64,000 bases of DNA from an uncultured Bacteroidales bacterium (GTDB lineage: Bacteria > Bacteroidota > Bacteroidia > Bacteroidales > UBA3824): assembly GCA_937877455.1 (NCBI GenBank), contig CALFIU010000177.1, forward strand, positions 13,769 through 77,768, read 5' to 3'. The position numbers were made by a program, and so were the translations under genes. The notes under the pieces were generated by a model. The model did no database searches and was not told the DNA's origin. It was given only the letters and a program-made list of their open reading frames with translations. Position 1 is the stretch's first letter, and every line of letters begins with the position of its first letter. Of this stretch, positions 48,474-58,198 are shown piece after piece.

Positions 48474-49958
48474 TTAAAATTCGCTGTGTACTTTGTTGCC
48501 TTCAACGTAAATGGCACTAAATGGACGTGCTGGACATAGATTTTCGCATGCTCCACAACCAATACAACGCTCTGTATCTATCATTGGTATTTTGGGCGAG
48601 TTTGGATTTGATTGACTTTGATTTATCATTGTTATAGCACCAGTGGGACAATGTCGCGCACAATTTCCGCAACTTACACCATCTATCAATGGCAAACAAT
48701 TATCTTTTATCCATACGGCATGTCCTACATGGATTGATGATTTTTGTTCAATCGTAATTTCTGTAATTGCACCCGTAGGACACACTTGCGAACATCGAGT
48801 ACATTCGGGGCGGCAATACCCACGTTCAAAACTCATTTCAGGTTGCATAAGAGTTGATAGATTATTCGACGGACGAAGTACGCCATTTGGACATTCTGCA
48901 ACGCAAAGTTGGCATGCTGTACAATGTTCAGAGAAATTTTTTAGGCTATGCGACCCAGCTGGTTTTATGGGGAAAAAGCGTTCAGGTATTTTTTTATCTT
49001 CAATAACAGCAAGTCCTCCGTCAACCTTTTTTTGCTGTGCTTTTACAACCGAGGTTGCAGCAAACAACGAAACAATTGATAAAAATTTTCTACGTCCGTT
49101 GTCGTTTGTTTCTGTATTTGAATTGCTTGCTTGTGTTTGTTCTGTTTTATGAGAAAAACTTATTGCGTGTTTTTTGCATTTTCCAATGCAATTGAAACAG
49201 TCAACGCATCGCGAATGATCAACACTATAGTTTTTGTAATCAATTGCTGATGCCTTGCAGTTTTTGGTACACAACGAACAACCTACACATTTATCTTTGT
49301 CGATGTTAATTTTATAATACGAAAATTTAGAAAGATAGCCCAAAACAGTACCGACAGGACAAATATTGTTGCACCAAGTGCGACCATTTTTCCATGCCAA
49401 CACACAGAAAACTATCAATGTAATCAACGATACAACAAACACAGGAATACTTTTTAACCAAACATCTGTTTGATAAAAAGCATAACTTTCGTAATGTTCG
49501 GCTATGTTAGCAAAAATATTGTTAAACCATTGATATACAGGCTGAAAAATATTAGAAACTATTCTTCCGTATGCGCTATAAGGAGCAATGAGAATGGCTA
49601 TCGAATTTAATCCGAAAACCATCAATAAAACAAAAATTGCCAAAACAATCAACCTTAAAATCTTGTGTTCTGGCGAATATGTAAATCTATTTTTCTTAAA
49701 TTTTCCTCCAATATGTGAAATTATGTCTTGAAAAACGCCTGCTGGACATACAACAGAACAATAAATTCGTCCAAAAATAAGCGTTATTGCTATTAATGAC
49801 AATATAACTACAAAATTAAGTGCTAAAACTGCAGGAAGAAATTGAATTTTAGCCATCCAGCCAAGCCAACTATGCAGACTACCCGTAAAGTCGAGAAATA
49901 GAAAAGTTACGCCTACAAAAAAAAGTATAGCTATAGCTACTCTAATTTTTTTTAACAT
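48474..49958 (-). CDS. membrane-bound polyferredoxin (NapH-like TM domain plus multiple 4Fe-4S motifs)
   Basis: N-terminal TM helices with CSVVCPAG and at least six CxxCxxCxxxCP motifs. There is an internal RRKFLS plus hydrophobic segment. I prefer the ATG at 49958 over the TTG at 50006. Confidence 0.75.
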   Translation of the reverse strand: MLKKIRVAIAILFFVGVTFLFLDFTGSLHSWLGWMAKIQFLPAVLALNFVVILSLIAITLIFGRIYCSVVCPAGVFQDIISHIGGKFKKNRFTYSPEHKILRLIVLAIFVLLMVFGLNSIAILIAPYSAYGRIVSNIFQPVYQWFNNIFANIAEHYESYAFYQTDVWLKSIPVFVVSLITLIVFCVLAWKNGRTWCNNICPVGTVLGYLSKFSYYKINIDKDKCVGCSLCTKNCKASAIDYKNYSVDHSRCVDCFNCIGKCKKHAISFSHKTEQTQASNSNTETNDNGRRKFLSIVSLFAATSVVKAQQKKVDGGLAVIEDKKIPERFFPIKPAGSHSLKNFSEHCTACQLCVAECPNGVLRPSNNLSTLMQPEMSFERGYCRPECTRCSQVCPTGAITEITIEQKSSIHVGHAVWIKDNCLPLIDGVSCGNCARHCPTGAITMINQSQSNPNSPKIPMIDTERCIGCGACENLCPARPFSAIYVEGNKVHSEF

Positions 49959-50058
49959 TTTTAAATTAATTACGATTATATTATTTGCTTGTTTGTTTGG
50001 CTGCAAATATAATTTTTTTTATAAAATCCCAATATTTTCTTGCTAAAAAATTTTGTTG

Positions 50059-50274
50059 AAAAAACACGGCAATTTCATTTGAACAAGCGGACACGTAGAT
50101 CCGCCCTTACACATTATTTTATTTGGGGTGGGATTATAGGAGTTAATGTAAAGGCGGCAAGCTGGCTTTACGCTAACTCCTATTTATAATATTGAATATC
50201 ACCATATTTTGTAGGGGCGGGTCTATGTACTTGCCCACATTGATGTCGATTCAAATGAAATTGTCATGTTTTTT
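50059..50274. repeat. palindromic MITE/REP-like element, family 2, copy 2
   Basis: ~25-bp inverted termini, AAAAAACACGGCAATTTCATTTGAA and TTCAAATGAAATTGTCATGTTTTTT. The layout of GC hairpin, central hairpin and GC hairpin matches 19459-19646. Confidence 0.8.
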
Positions 50275-50395
50275 GATTAACAATAGATTAATGTGAGAAA
50301 AACAAAGAGATGGTTTAATTATAATTTATGCTTTGCATGTGTTATTAACGCTCAAAATAAAAAAACATTGATTTTAAAAAAAAAATATAAAAAAA

Positions 50396-50429
50396 CGTTG
50401 TCAACGTTTTTTTGACAACGCTTTTTGTT
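50396..50429 (+). terminator. terminator-like hairpin T1 in long intergenic region
   Basis: Stem CGTTGTCAA/TTGACAACG followed by CTTTTTGTT and preceded by an A-run. Confidence 0.55.
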
Positions 50430-50800
50430 AAAAAATAAAACAAACAATCAAACAATCAAAATTGTAGGGAAAACCTATCTTTATTTGTACGTTGCAAATT
50501 TATTTGTGTTTTTATTTTGTTGCAATACCGTTTTAAGGTGAATTTCTTAAAGTTTATCTCCCTATTTCGGGGGATTATAAAAAAAAAACGTCGGCTAAGG
50601 GGGTGTGTGAAAGGAAAGAATGCCGACGTTTTTTGCGTTAAAAATCAAACAAACAATCAAAATCGTAATAAGAAGTTCTCTTTCTTTGTACATTGCAAAG
50701 ATAAGATACATTAAAAATGTCTGCAATAGCCATTAAAAGCGATTTTTTTTGTTTTTTATCCCTATTTTTGGTGAAAAATTGAGATTTTTTCTTATTTAAA
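50430..50800 (+). repeat. two degenerate ~200-bp tandem non-coding modules
   Basis: Shared blocks CAAACAATCAAA (50441 and 50651), TTTGTACRTTGCAAA (50484 and 50685), TGCAATA and TATC(T)CCCTATTT recur at a ~200-bp period. Confidence 0.6.
50588..50634 (+). terminator. terminator-like hairpin T2
   Basis: Stem ACGTCGGC/GCCGACGT with a 26-nt purine-rich loop, followed by TTTTT and preceded by an A-run. Confidence 0.55.
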
Positions 50801-50836
50801 TTATTTTTTTATGATTTTTTATGTGTAGATATTAAC

Positions 50837-50858
50837 GGGAGTTCTAAAAATTGCTTTT
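50837..50858. repeat. solo terminus of family 1 MITE
   Basis: GGGAGTTCTAAAAATTGCTTTT matches the terminal ~20 nt of copies A and B, after which similarity stops. Confidence 0.55.
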
Positions 50859-50905
50859 ACACCTTATTATATTAAGTGTTTTTATCTTTTTAGCAAAATT
50901 ATATG

Positions 50906-50913
50906 TATTTTTG
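50906..50913 (+). promoter_or_regulatory. -7 promoter box TATTTTTG
   Basis: It lies 18 nt upstream of the ATG at 50931. Confidence 0.5.
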
Positions 50914-50930
50914 CAATAAAAAGATAGAAA

Positions 50931-51590
50931 ATGCAGTTTGTTGACATTCATTCGCATATAAAGCACACCGATGCAGTTCAGATTCTTGACATTGCCACCG
51001 ACAAAATAAAAGCAGTGGATGCCGAATTTTTTTCAACAGGTATTCATCCAAAATTGTTTGATGTGGCTACGTTAGAAAAAGATTTTGATATAGTGGAGTT
51101 GCTTTGTGGATATAAAAATTGTGTTGCGGTGGGCGAAACGGGATTGGATAGAAGTGTTGACAATTTTGAGATGCAAACCAAAATTTTTGAACGTCAAATA
51201 TCTATTGCAAAAAAATATTCTAAGCCATTGATTGTGCATTGTGTAAGAGCATATAACGATGTATTGTTTTATGTAAAAAAACATAATTTTAAAAATCCAG
51301 TGGTTTTTCATTGTTACAATGCTAACATACAAACAACACAAAGTTTGTTGAAATATCCACAATTTTATTTTTCATTTTCCGACCGATTTTTGTCTATGCC
51401 CAAAAACATTGAACAGATAAAAGCAATTTCGATAGAAAGGCTTTTTGTAGAAACCGATAATAATTCAGAAAGTTGTTTGTCATCAATAATGGACATCGTG
51501 GCGATGTTAAAAGGCTTGGAAAAGAAAAATTTGTTGACCCAAATGCACAAAAATTTTGAAAAAATAAAAAATAGTGGTCTGAATTTCTGA
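50931..51590 (+). CDS. TatD-family metal-dependent hydrolase (DNase)
   Basis: VDIHSH N-terminal metal site, GETGLD, and HC motifs. Confidence 0.8.
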   Translation: MQFVDIHSHIKHTDAVQILDIATDKIKAVDAEFFSTGIHPKLFDVATLEKDFDIVELLCGYKNCVAVGETGLDRSVDNFEMQTKIFERQISIAKKYSKPLIVHCVRAYNDVLFYVKKHNFKNPVVFHCYNANIQTTQSLLKYPQFYFSFSDRFLSMPKNIEQIKAISIERLFVETDNNSESCLSSIMDIVAMLKGLEKKNLLTQMHKNFEKIKNSGLNF

Positions 51591-51729
51591 ATAATAACAT
51601 TTTTTTTTAATTTTGACCGCTCGAAAAGGTGTTGGTTTTTAGAAAAAACTAACAAAATTATAAACGCTTTTCCGCTTTTGAGACTACAGCGGTTTAACGC
51701 GGGCATATAAAGCATTATAAAAAAAGAAA

Positions 51730-53124
51730 ATGAAAAGGACAAAAGTAATCGATTTGCTAAAAGCCACCGAATTTGGCAAAAATGTGGAAGTTAAAGGGTG
51801 GGTACGTACCAAACGCGGTAGCAAAGCCGTGAATTTTATAGCACTCAACGACGGTTCAACAATAAAAAATGTACAGATAGTGGTTGATGTTGCCAATTTT
51901 GACGAAAATGTTTTAAAACAAGTAACCACAGGAGCTTGCATAGCAGTGGAAGGTGTTTTAAAAGAAAGTCAAGGCAGCGAGCAAAGCGTTGAAATACAAT
52001 GTGTAAAGATAGAAGTATTAGGTCCTGCGGGCGATGATTATCCATTGCAGAAAAAAGGTCATACAATGGAATTTCTTCGCGAACATGCCAATATACGTAT
52101 GCGAACCAACACTTTTGGCGCGGTGATGCGTATTCGTCACAATATGGCGATGGCTATTCATACTTTTTTTCACGAAAATGGCTTTTTCTATCTCAATACG
52201 CCTATAATAACGGCAAGCGATGCCGAAGGAGCGGGGCAGATGTTTCAAGTAACAACGCTCGACCTCAACAATTTACCTAAAAACGAAGATGGGAAACCAG
52301 ATTATTCGCAAGATTTTTTTGGTAGCCAAACCAATCTTACAGTTAGCGGTCAACTCGAAGGCGAACTTGGAGCCACAGCATTGGGTGCAATTTATACTTT
52401 TGGTCCAACATTCCGTGCCGAAAATAGCAATACTCCAAGGCATTTGGCTGAGTTTTGGATGGTTGAACCAGAAATAGCTTTCTACGACCTTAACGATTTA
52501 ATGGATTTGGAAGAAAAATTTATCAAATATTGCGTTAGGTGGGCACTTGACAATTGCAAAGACGATCTTGAGTTTCTTAACAAAATGATTGATAAAACGT
52601 TAATCGAACGTCTTAATCATGTTGTTAACGAAAGTTTTGTAAGGTTGCCTTATACCGAGGGTATAAAAATATTGGAAGAAGCTATCAAAAATGGAAAAAA
52701 ATTTGAATTTCCTATTTCGTGGGGTGTAGATCTTGCCAGCGAACATGAACGTTATCTTGTGGAAGAACATTTTAAAAAGCCAGTGATAATGATAGATTAT
52801 CCAAAAGAAATAAAGGCTTTTTATATGAAAATGAATGCCGACAACAAAACTGTTCAGGGTACTGATGTGCTTTTCCCTGCTATTGGTGAAATAATTGGTG
52901 GTAGTGTACGTGAAGAAAGTTACCAAAAACTTGAAAATCGTATCAATGAACTTAATATCAATATTGATAGTTACAATTGGTATATGGAAACTCGCAAGTG
53001 GGGTTCTTGTCCGCATGCTGGATTTGGACTCGGATTTGAAAGGTTGATACTTTTTGTTACGGGTATGCAAAATATTAGGGACGTTATCCCATTTCCAAGA
53101 ACACCAAAAAATGCAGCTTTTTAA
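51730..53124 (+). CDS. asnS: asparagine--tRNA ligase
   Basis: 464 aa. N-terminal OB fold ([12 protein letters not shown]), and class II motifs [17 protein letters not shown] and GFGLGFERL. Confidence 0.95.
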   Translation: MKRTKVIDLLKATEFGKNVEVKGWVRTKRGSKAVNFIALNDGSTIKNVQIVVDVANFDENVLKQVTTGACIAVEGVLKESQGSEQSVEIQCVKIEVLGPAGDDYPLQKKGHTMEFLREHANIRMRTNTFGAVMRIRHNMAMAIHTFFHENGFFYLNTPIITASDAEGAGQMFQVTTLDLNNLPKNEDGKPDYSQDFFGSQTNLTVSGQLEGELGATALGAIYTFGPTFRAENSNTPRHLAEFWMVEPEIAFYDLNDLMDLEEKFIKYCVRWALDNCKDDLEFLNKMIDKTLIERLNHVVNESFVRLPYTEGIKILEEAIKNGKKFEFPISWGVDLASEHERYLVEEHFKKPVIMIDYPKEIKAFYMKMNADNKTVQGTDVLFPAIGEIIGGSVREESYQKLENRINELNINIDSYNWYMETRKWGSCPHAGFGLGFERLILFVTGMQNIRDVIPFPRTPKNAAF

Positions 53125-53151
53125 AAAATAAAGTTGTAGAAATATAAAAAA

Positions 53152-53184
53152 AGGCATGAGACAATTTTGGTTTCGTGCCTTTTT
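53152..53184 (+). terminator. rho-independent terminator after asnS
   Basis: 11-bp stem AGGCATGAGAC/GTTTCGTGCCT followed by TTTT. Confidence 0.75.
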
Positions 53185-53393
53185 GCATAATAAAAAACGT
53201 TCGTAAGTTTGTATTTTTGTTTCAAAAGTTTGTCGATTTGTAAAAAACGTTACCATGAAACATATTTATAAGGCTTTGAAACATAAAACAAAGCCAGTTT
53301 AAATGCTAATTGCTTTATTTGCATACATTTTTTTTAAAAGATAGTGTAAATTAAACATTAGATTTATTTTTGTAATTAGTAATTAAACTGAAA

Positions 53394-53449
53394 CCGCCGG
53401 GTCTTTCCCTCCCATTTATCATCAAAACACATCTCCGGCGGCTTTTTTT
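53394..53449 (+). promoter_or_regulatory. GC-rich stem with 34-nt pyrimidine-rich loop plus T7 tract, 30 nt upstream of the GH95 start
   Basis: CCGCCGG (53394-53400) pairs with CCGGCGG (53435-53441), followed by CTTTTTTT. A TATTTTTG -7-like box lies at 53212-53219. Confidence 0.45.
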
Positions 53450-53478
53450 AGTTGTTGAAAAAAATAAAAAAAAACGCA

Positions 53479-55935
53479 ATGAAAAAATCTATAACATTAT
53501 TATTATTGATATTGACAGTTGTTTGCAATGCGCAAAATCATAAACTTTGGTACGAAAAACCTGCCGACAATTGGCTTGAGGCTTTGCCTGTTGGTAATTC
53601 TAAACTTGGAGCTATGGTTTATGGAAAAACAAGTTGTGAAGAAATACAATTAAACGAAGAAACTTTTTGGGCAGGCTCGCCACACAATAATGTTGCGGAT
53701 AGTGCGTGGTGTTACCTTGATGAGGTTAGAAATCTAATTTTTGATGCAGAGGAGCAGCAAGCGCACCAGATTTTGGAAAAAAACTTTTTTAAAGGTCCAC
53801 ATGGAATGAGTTTTTTGCCATTGGGAAGTGTGTTTATAGACTTTGGAGATAGCAGCAAACCAACTAATTATCGTCGTGAGCTTGATCTGTCAACAGCAGT
53901 TAATAAAACTGTTTACGAAATTGGAGATGTGTCATATACACGAACTGTTGTTGCACCTTTGTCAGAAAAAGTTGTGGCTGTGAATATAAAATGTAGTCGC
54001 AAAAAATCGCTTGGATTTAAACTATCGTTTTCAAGTCCGTTGAAATATAATTCGGTTGTAAATAACGGTGTTATTAACGCACAGGTTTTGAATACGGCAC
54101 AGGAAGGTATAGAAGGAAAACTTAAAGCCGAATGTAGAGTTTGGACGCAAACCGATGGAGAAATTTCTGATATAGATGACCATTTAGAAATAAAAAATGC
54201 CACGTCAGCAACTATTTATATAACAGCAGCCACCAATTTTAAAAATTATTCCGACATAACAGCCGATGCAAAAAAAATAGTTGATGATATTGTAAATAGC
54301 ATAAAGCCAAAAAGTTATAAGTCTATTTACGATTCGCATATAAAACTATATTCACAACAATATAATAGGGTAGGGTTATTTTTGCCAAGCAATTCAAATA
54401 GTAGTTTGCCAACTGATGTTAGACTATCAAACTTTATAAAATCAAACGATTATGATTTTGTGTCGTTGATGGTTCAGTATGGGAGATATTTGCTTATATC
54501 ATCGTCGCAGCCTGGCGGACAACCTGCCAATTTGCAAGGAATATGGAATAGCCAAGTAAATCCTCCGTGGGATAGCAAATATACAATCAACATCAATACG
54601 GAGATGAATTATTGGCCATCAGGAGTTTGTAATCTTTCAGAAACAGAACTTCCACTTTTTGATATGTTGGCCGATTTGAGTGTAACTGGTGTTGATGCTG
54701 CCAAAAAATTATACAATTGTGGCGGTTGGACAGCGCATCATAATACCGACTTGTGGCGTATTTCTGGTCCTGTAGATGGCGTTTATTGGGGTATGTTTCC
54801 AACAGGAGGTGCATGGCTTTCTACTCATATTTGGCAACATTATTTGTTTAGTGGTGATGTTGATTTTTTAAGGAAAAACTATGGAATAATGGAAGGTGCT
54901 GCGGTTTTTTTGTTGGACTTTTTAACCAAACATCCAAAATATGGTTGCTTGGTAATAACGCCGTCGGTTTCGCCTGAACATGGTCCTGATGGTAAGACTA
55001 CATCTTTAACGGCAGGAACTACAATGGATAATCAGATAGTTTTTGATGTTTTGTCTAATACTCTCGAGGCAATGAAAATATTAAAAATCACAAATTTAGA
55101 CTTATCAAAAAGACTAAAAAGTGCTTTAAACAATCTTTCTGCAATGAAAATTGGCAGACATGGACAATTGCAAGAGTGGCTTGGAGATTTTGATAATCCT
55201 ACCGACGAACATCGTCATGTATCGCATTTGTATGGGTTATATCCGTCAAACCAAATATCGCCATATCGAAATCCTGAGTTGTTTTGGGCAGCTCGAAATA
55301 CGCTTTTGCAGCGTGGCGACATGGCAACAGGGTGGTCGTTGGGGTGGAAAATAAACTTTTGGGCGCGTATGTTGGACGGTAACCATGCTTTTAAAATTAT
55401 TTCAAATATGCTTAACATTTTGCCATCTCGGTATTCTGGGTTTGGAGTGGATTCAAAATATTCCAACGGACGTATTTATCCAAATCTTTTTGATGCGCAT
55501 CCACCATTTCAGATTGATGGTAACTTTGGTTTAACAGCAGGAGTTTGTGAAATGTTGTTGCAGAGCCATGATGGAGCTGTGCATCTTTTGCCAGCTTTGC
55601 CAGATGTTTGGCAAAAGGGTAGTGTGTTTGGTTTATGCGCTCGTGGTGGTTTTACTGTGGGAATGACGTGGGATAATGGTAAACTTTTGTCGGCAGAAAT
55701 TGTAAGTAATAATGGTGGCGTGCTTAGACTTAGAAGTTACAGCCAATTGAAATGTAAGGGGTTAAAACCAGCTGAAGGCGTTTGTTCAAATCATTTTTTG
55801 ACGATTGCTAATATAAAAAAGCCTGAAATTTCGTCTGAATTGGATATTAAGCCCGAACTCCAATTAAAAAAAGTGTATGAATATGATTTAGAAACCCAAA
55901 AAGGTTGTAAATATAAAATTTTAGCTGTTGATTAA
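53479..55935 (+). CDS. glycoside hydrolase family 95 (alpha-L-fucosidase-like)
   Basis: Signal peptide. [27 protein letters not shown]...[11 protein letters not shown] is the GH95 N-terminal signature. I prefer the ATG at 53479. Confidence 0.85.
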   Translation: MKKSITLLLLILTVVCNAQNHKLWYEKPADNWLEALPVGNSKLGAMVYGKTSCEEIQLNEETFWAGSPHNNVADSAWCYLDEVRNLIFDAEEQQAHQILEKNFFKGPHGMSFLPLGSVFIDFGDSSKPTNYRRELDLSTAVNKTVYEIGDVSYTRTVVAPLSEKVVAVNIKCSRKKSLGFKLSFSSPLKYNSVVNNGVINAQVLNTAQEGIEGKLKAECRVWTQTDGEISDIDDHLEIKNATSATIYITAATNFKNYSDITADAKKIVDDIVNSIKPKSYKSIYDSHIKLYSQQYNRVGLFLPSNSNSSLPTDVRLSNFIKSNDYDFVSLMVQYGRYLLISSSQPGGQPANLQGIWNSQVNPPWDSKYTININTEMNYWPSGVCNLSETELPLFDMLADLSVTGVDAAKKLYNCGGWTAHHNTDLWRISGPVDGVYWGMFPTGGAWLSTHIWQHYLFSGDVDFLRKNYGIMEGAAVFLLDFLTKHPKYGCLVITPSVSPEHGPDGKTTSLTAGTTMDNQIVFDVLSNTLEAMKILKITNLDLSKRLKSALNNLSAMKIGRHGQLQEWLGDFDNPTDEHRHVSHLYGLYPSNQISPYRNPELFWAARNTLLQRGDMATGWSLGWKINFWARMLDGNHAFKIISNMLNILPSRYSGFGVDSKYSNGRIYPNLFDAHPPFQIDGNFGLTAGVCEMLLQSHDGAVHLLPALPDVWQKGSVFGLCARGGFTVGMTWDNGKLLSAEIVSNNGGVLRLRSYSQLKCKGLKPAEGVCSNHFLTIANIKKPEISSELDIKPELQLKKVYEYDLETQKGCKYKILAVD

Positions 55936-55991
55936 TAATTATTTATGTTTTTACGATTGGGATTTTTTTTAAATGGTTTGTTGATTATAAT

Positions 55992-56031
55992 AAAAAAACT
56001 CACGGACAATGTAAAAACCGTGAGTTTTTTT
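55992..56031. terminator. bidirectional terminator
   Basis: Stem ACTCACGG/CCGTGAGT flanked by A-runs and T-runs, between convergent genes. Confidence 0.75.
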
Positions 56032-56050
56032 GTTATTTTTTGTAGAAAAA

Positions 56051-56557
56051 TTAGTCAGCGTTGCCTAATATTAGTTGAAATTTTTCAGCAAAAGCTTTTT
56101 GAGCTGCCATAAATTTAGATTCGGCAGTTTTTATTTTGTTGTCGCCTTTGGTATAAGTGTCGTTCCAAGAGTTGTGAAGTTCGGTAGTAAATTCTTCTTC
56201 AGGAATTTTGTAAATTCTTATAAGTTCGCGTACTTCGTTTTCGGCAACAGAACGGTTTTGTTCTATATAATCTAAAAACGCTTTTTTTAGTTGGTCTGCA
56301 CCGTCGAAGTTTGGCATTGCTTTAACTTCTTCTTCAGCTTTAGAAAGTTGAGTTAAAAATGCAACAAGTTGGTTGTCCATTTTTTCGGCATTGTAAGTGT
56401 CGTAGGTTTTAACAAGTTCGTCGTATTGGTTAACTACTTGTTTTTGTTGAGCGATGAGCATGTTGTTAAAGTTGGCGGCATCTTCTCGCGAAGGTCCGCA
56501 ACTTACTATTATTGCCGAAACAATTAATGCTAAAAATGCTAAAATGCTGTGTTTCAT
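56051..56557 (-). CDS. helical lipoprotein, hypothetical
   Basis: Lipobox-like IIVSCG. The sequence looks predominantly helical. It lies 56 nt downstream of the MCP gene on the same strand. Confidence 0.6.
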   Translation of the reverse strand: MKHSILAFLALIVSAIIVSCGPSREDAANFNNMLIAQQKQVVNQYDELVKTYDTYNAEKMDNQLVAFLTQLSKAEEEVKAMPNFDGADQLKKAFLDYIEQNRSVAENEVRELIRIYKIPEEEFTTELHNSWNDTYTKGDNKIKTAESKFMAAQKAFAEKFQLILGNAD

Positions 56558-56613
56558 GTTTTAAACTTATGTTTATTGGTTTAAATTTTTACGGCGCAAA
56601 TATAGCAAAAAAA

Positions 56614-58113
56614 TTAATTGTTTTGTTTAAAATAAGCCAAAATATTAATTAGGTTTTCTGATTGTTGTGATAAAATCTCCGAATTTGTTGCTACTTCTTC
56701 AGAAATTGATGCAAATTGTTGAGTTGATAGGTTAAATCTTTGTACAGCGGTGTTTATTTGTTCGCTACCCATTGCTTGTTCTCGACAAGCTGCGGCAATT
56801 TCTCTAACGAGAGTTGCAGTGCGGTCTATTTCTGGCAACACATGAGAAAATGCTTCGCCAGTTTGTTTTGCTATGCTCTGACCTTGAGAACTCATAACGT
56901 CAATTTCTTTTGCGGCAGAGGCACATCTTTCAGCAAGTTTTCTAACTTCGGCAGCCACAACGGCAAAACCTTTGCCATGTTCACCAGCACGAGCGGCTTC
57001 AACGGCTGCGTTTAATGCAAGAATGTTGGTTTGGAAAGCAATTTCATCGATTATAGATATTTTTTCGGCAATTTCGTTCATTGCTTTTACCGATTTTTTC
57101 GCTGCATTGCTACAATTTTGGATTGTTTCTGAGGTTTTTGTTGTTATGTTGTCGGTTTCGCGAGCGTTGTCGGAGTTTTGCTGTATAGACGATGCCATTT
57201 CTTCTATTGAACTGCTTACTTCTTCTGCTGATGATGCTTGCTCGTTGGCAGAAGAACTCATCTGTTGGCTTGCACGATTCATTTCGTTGCTTGTATTGGC
57301 AATTTCGTTGGCACTATTTTTTATTGAGCGAGTTATTTCTTTAAGGTTTTCGGCGAGGTCTGCCATTGCGTTGTTTAATTGTGCAACTTCGTCGGCATCG
57401 TTGGTGTGTGTTACGTTTACAAAAATATTACCTCTTGATAGTTCTGTAGCATTGTCGATGCTTTGTTTTAGAGGTTTTATGGTTCGTTTGTTGAAGTCTT
57501 TCATGGCTACTATTAGCATTAATAATGCTAAAATGGTGCCGATAAACATTCCACGTTGCGACGAATTTACATCTTCTTCTAATTTTGCTGAAGTGGATTT
57601 TATTACTGTTGCAGCATTGGTTTGAAGGGTTGCGGCTGTTATACTTATTGTTTCGCGATATATTGCTGCAGCAGAAATGTCGCTTTGTCCATTGGCGGAT
57701 ATGCACGCTTGGGCGATTTGTTCAAGTTTTTGAAGGTTGTCTTTGCAAATGTTGTAATTATCTTTGATATTTTGTTCCATCTCTTCGTTTTCGATGTATT
57801 CGCCTAAGGTTTTTATTTTTTGATTTGCTATTTGTAGGTTGGATTTAATATCGGCTTTGGCTTGTTCGTTTTGATCTTTTGCGTATTGTGTAAGTGCCTT
57901 GTTGGCGGCATTTACGTCTATTACCATTGCATCAGCGGTTTGCATTACGTCAACATATTTGTCGGTGAGTTTTTCGGCGTATTCGTTAACTATTGATATT
58001 TTTATGCCAACGAAAATTATTACTGCTATCAATGGTATGATAGTGAGACTTATGCCAAACAATATCCTATTTGATAAGGTCATTTTGTTTAATTTGTTTC
58101 CTAATGCACTCAT
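56614..58113 (-). CDS. methyl-accepting chemotaxis protein (TM, HAMP, MA signalling domain)
   Basis: Highly conserved hairpin tip [39 protein letters not shown]. There is an N-terminal TM, a helical sensor, a second TM and a HAMP domain. Confidence 0.9.
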   Translation of the reverse strand: MSALGNKLNKMTLSNRILFGISLTIIPLIAVIIFVGIKISIVNEYAEKLTDKYVDVMQTADAMVIDVNAANKALTQYAKDQNEQAKADIKSNLQIANQKIKTLGEYIENEEMEQNIKDNYNICKDNLQKLEQIAQACISANGQSDISAAAIYRETISITAATLQTNAATVIKSTSAKLEEDVNSSQRGMFIGTILALLMLIVAMKDFNKRTIKPLKQSIDNATELSRGNIFVNVTHTNDADEVAQLNNAMADLAENLKEITRSIKNSANEIANTSNEMNRASQQMSSSANEQASSAEEVSSSIEEMASSIQQNSDNARETDNITTKTSETIQNCSNAAKKSVKAMNEIAEKISIIDEIAFQTNILALNAAVEAARAGEHGKGFAVVAAEVRKLAERCASAAKEIDVMSSQGQSIAKQTGEAFSHVLPEIDRTATLVREIAAACREQAMGSEQINTAVQRFNLSTQQFASISEEVATNSEILSQQSENLINILAYFKQNN

Positions 58114-58163
58114 TTTTGAAATTTATATTAAAGTGTTTTATTGAGTTTTATTTTTAATATTAG

Positions 58164-58171
58164 CAAAAATA
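58164..58171 (-). promoter_or_regulatory. -7 promoter box TATTTTTG (minus strand)
   Basis: The plus strand reads CAAAAATA, 51 nt upstream of the ATG at 58113. Confidence 0.45.
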
Positions 58172-58198
58172 ACACCGAAAGTGTTAAAAAAAAATAAA

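Noticed and set aside
50560-50580. GGGGATTATA and CTCCCTAT in tandem module alpha resembling pieces of the family 2 central hairpin
   Set aside because: The matches are 8-10 nt long and in a different order, which is insufficient to claim a family 2 remnant.
50517-50714. 65-aa ORF in the long intergenic region
   Set aside because: It has a TTG start, spans a terminator-like hairpin and the tandem repeat blocks, and has a basic, low-complexity translation. I treated it as non-coding.
50386-50800. Possible CRISPR-like or tandem-array interpretation of the repeated blocks
   Set aside because: There are only two units, with a ~200-bp period and degenerate repeats. There is no short repeat-spacer organisation and there are no cas genes, so this is not a CRISPR array.
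56972-57625. 217-aa plus-strand ORF antisense to the MCP gene, with similar long antisense ORFs at 52600-53256 (asnS), 48643-49152 (polyferredoxin), 8946-9437 (rluB tail) and 16398-16775 (thrA)
   Set aside because: These are shadow ORFs on the opposite strand of strongly supported genes. Their low-complexity or Cys-rich composition mirrors the sense-strand codons.
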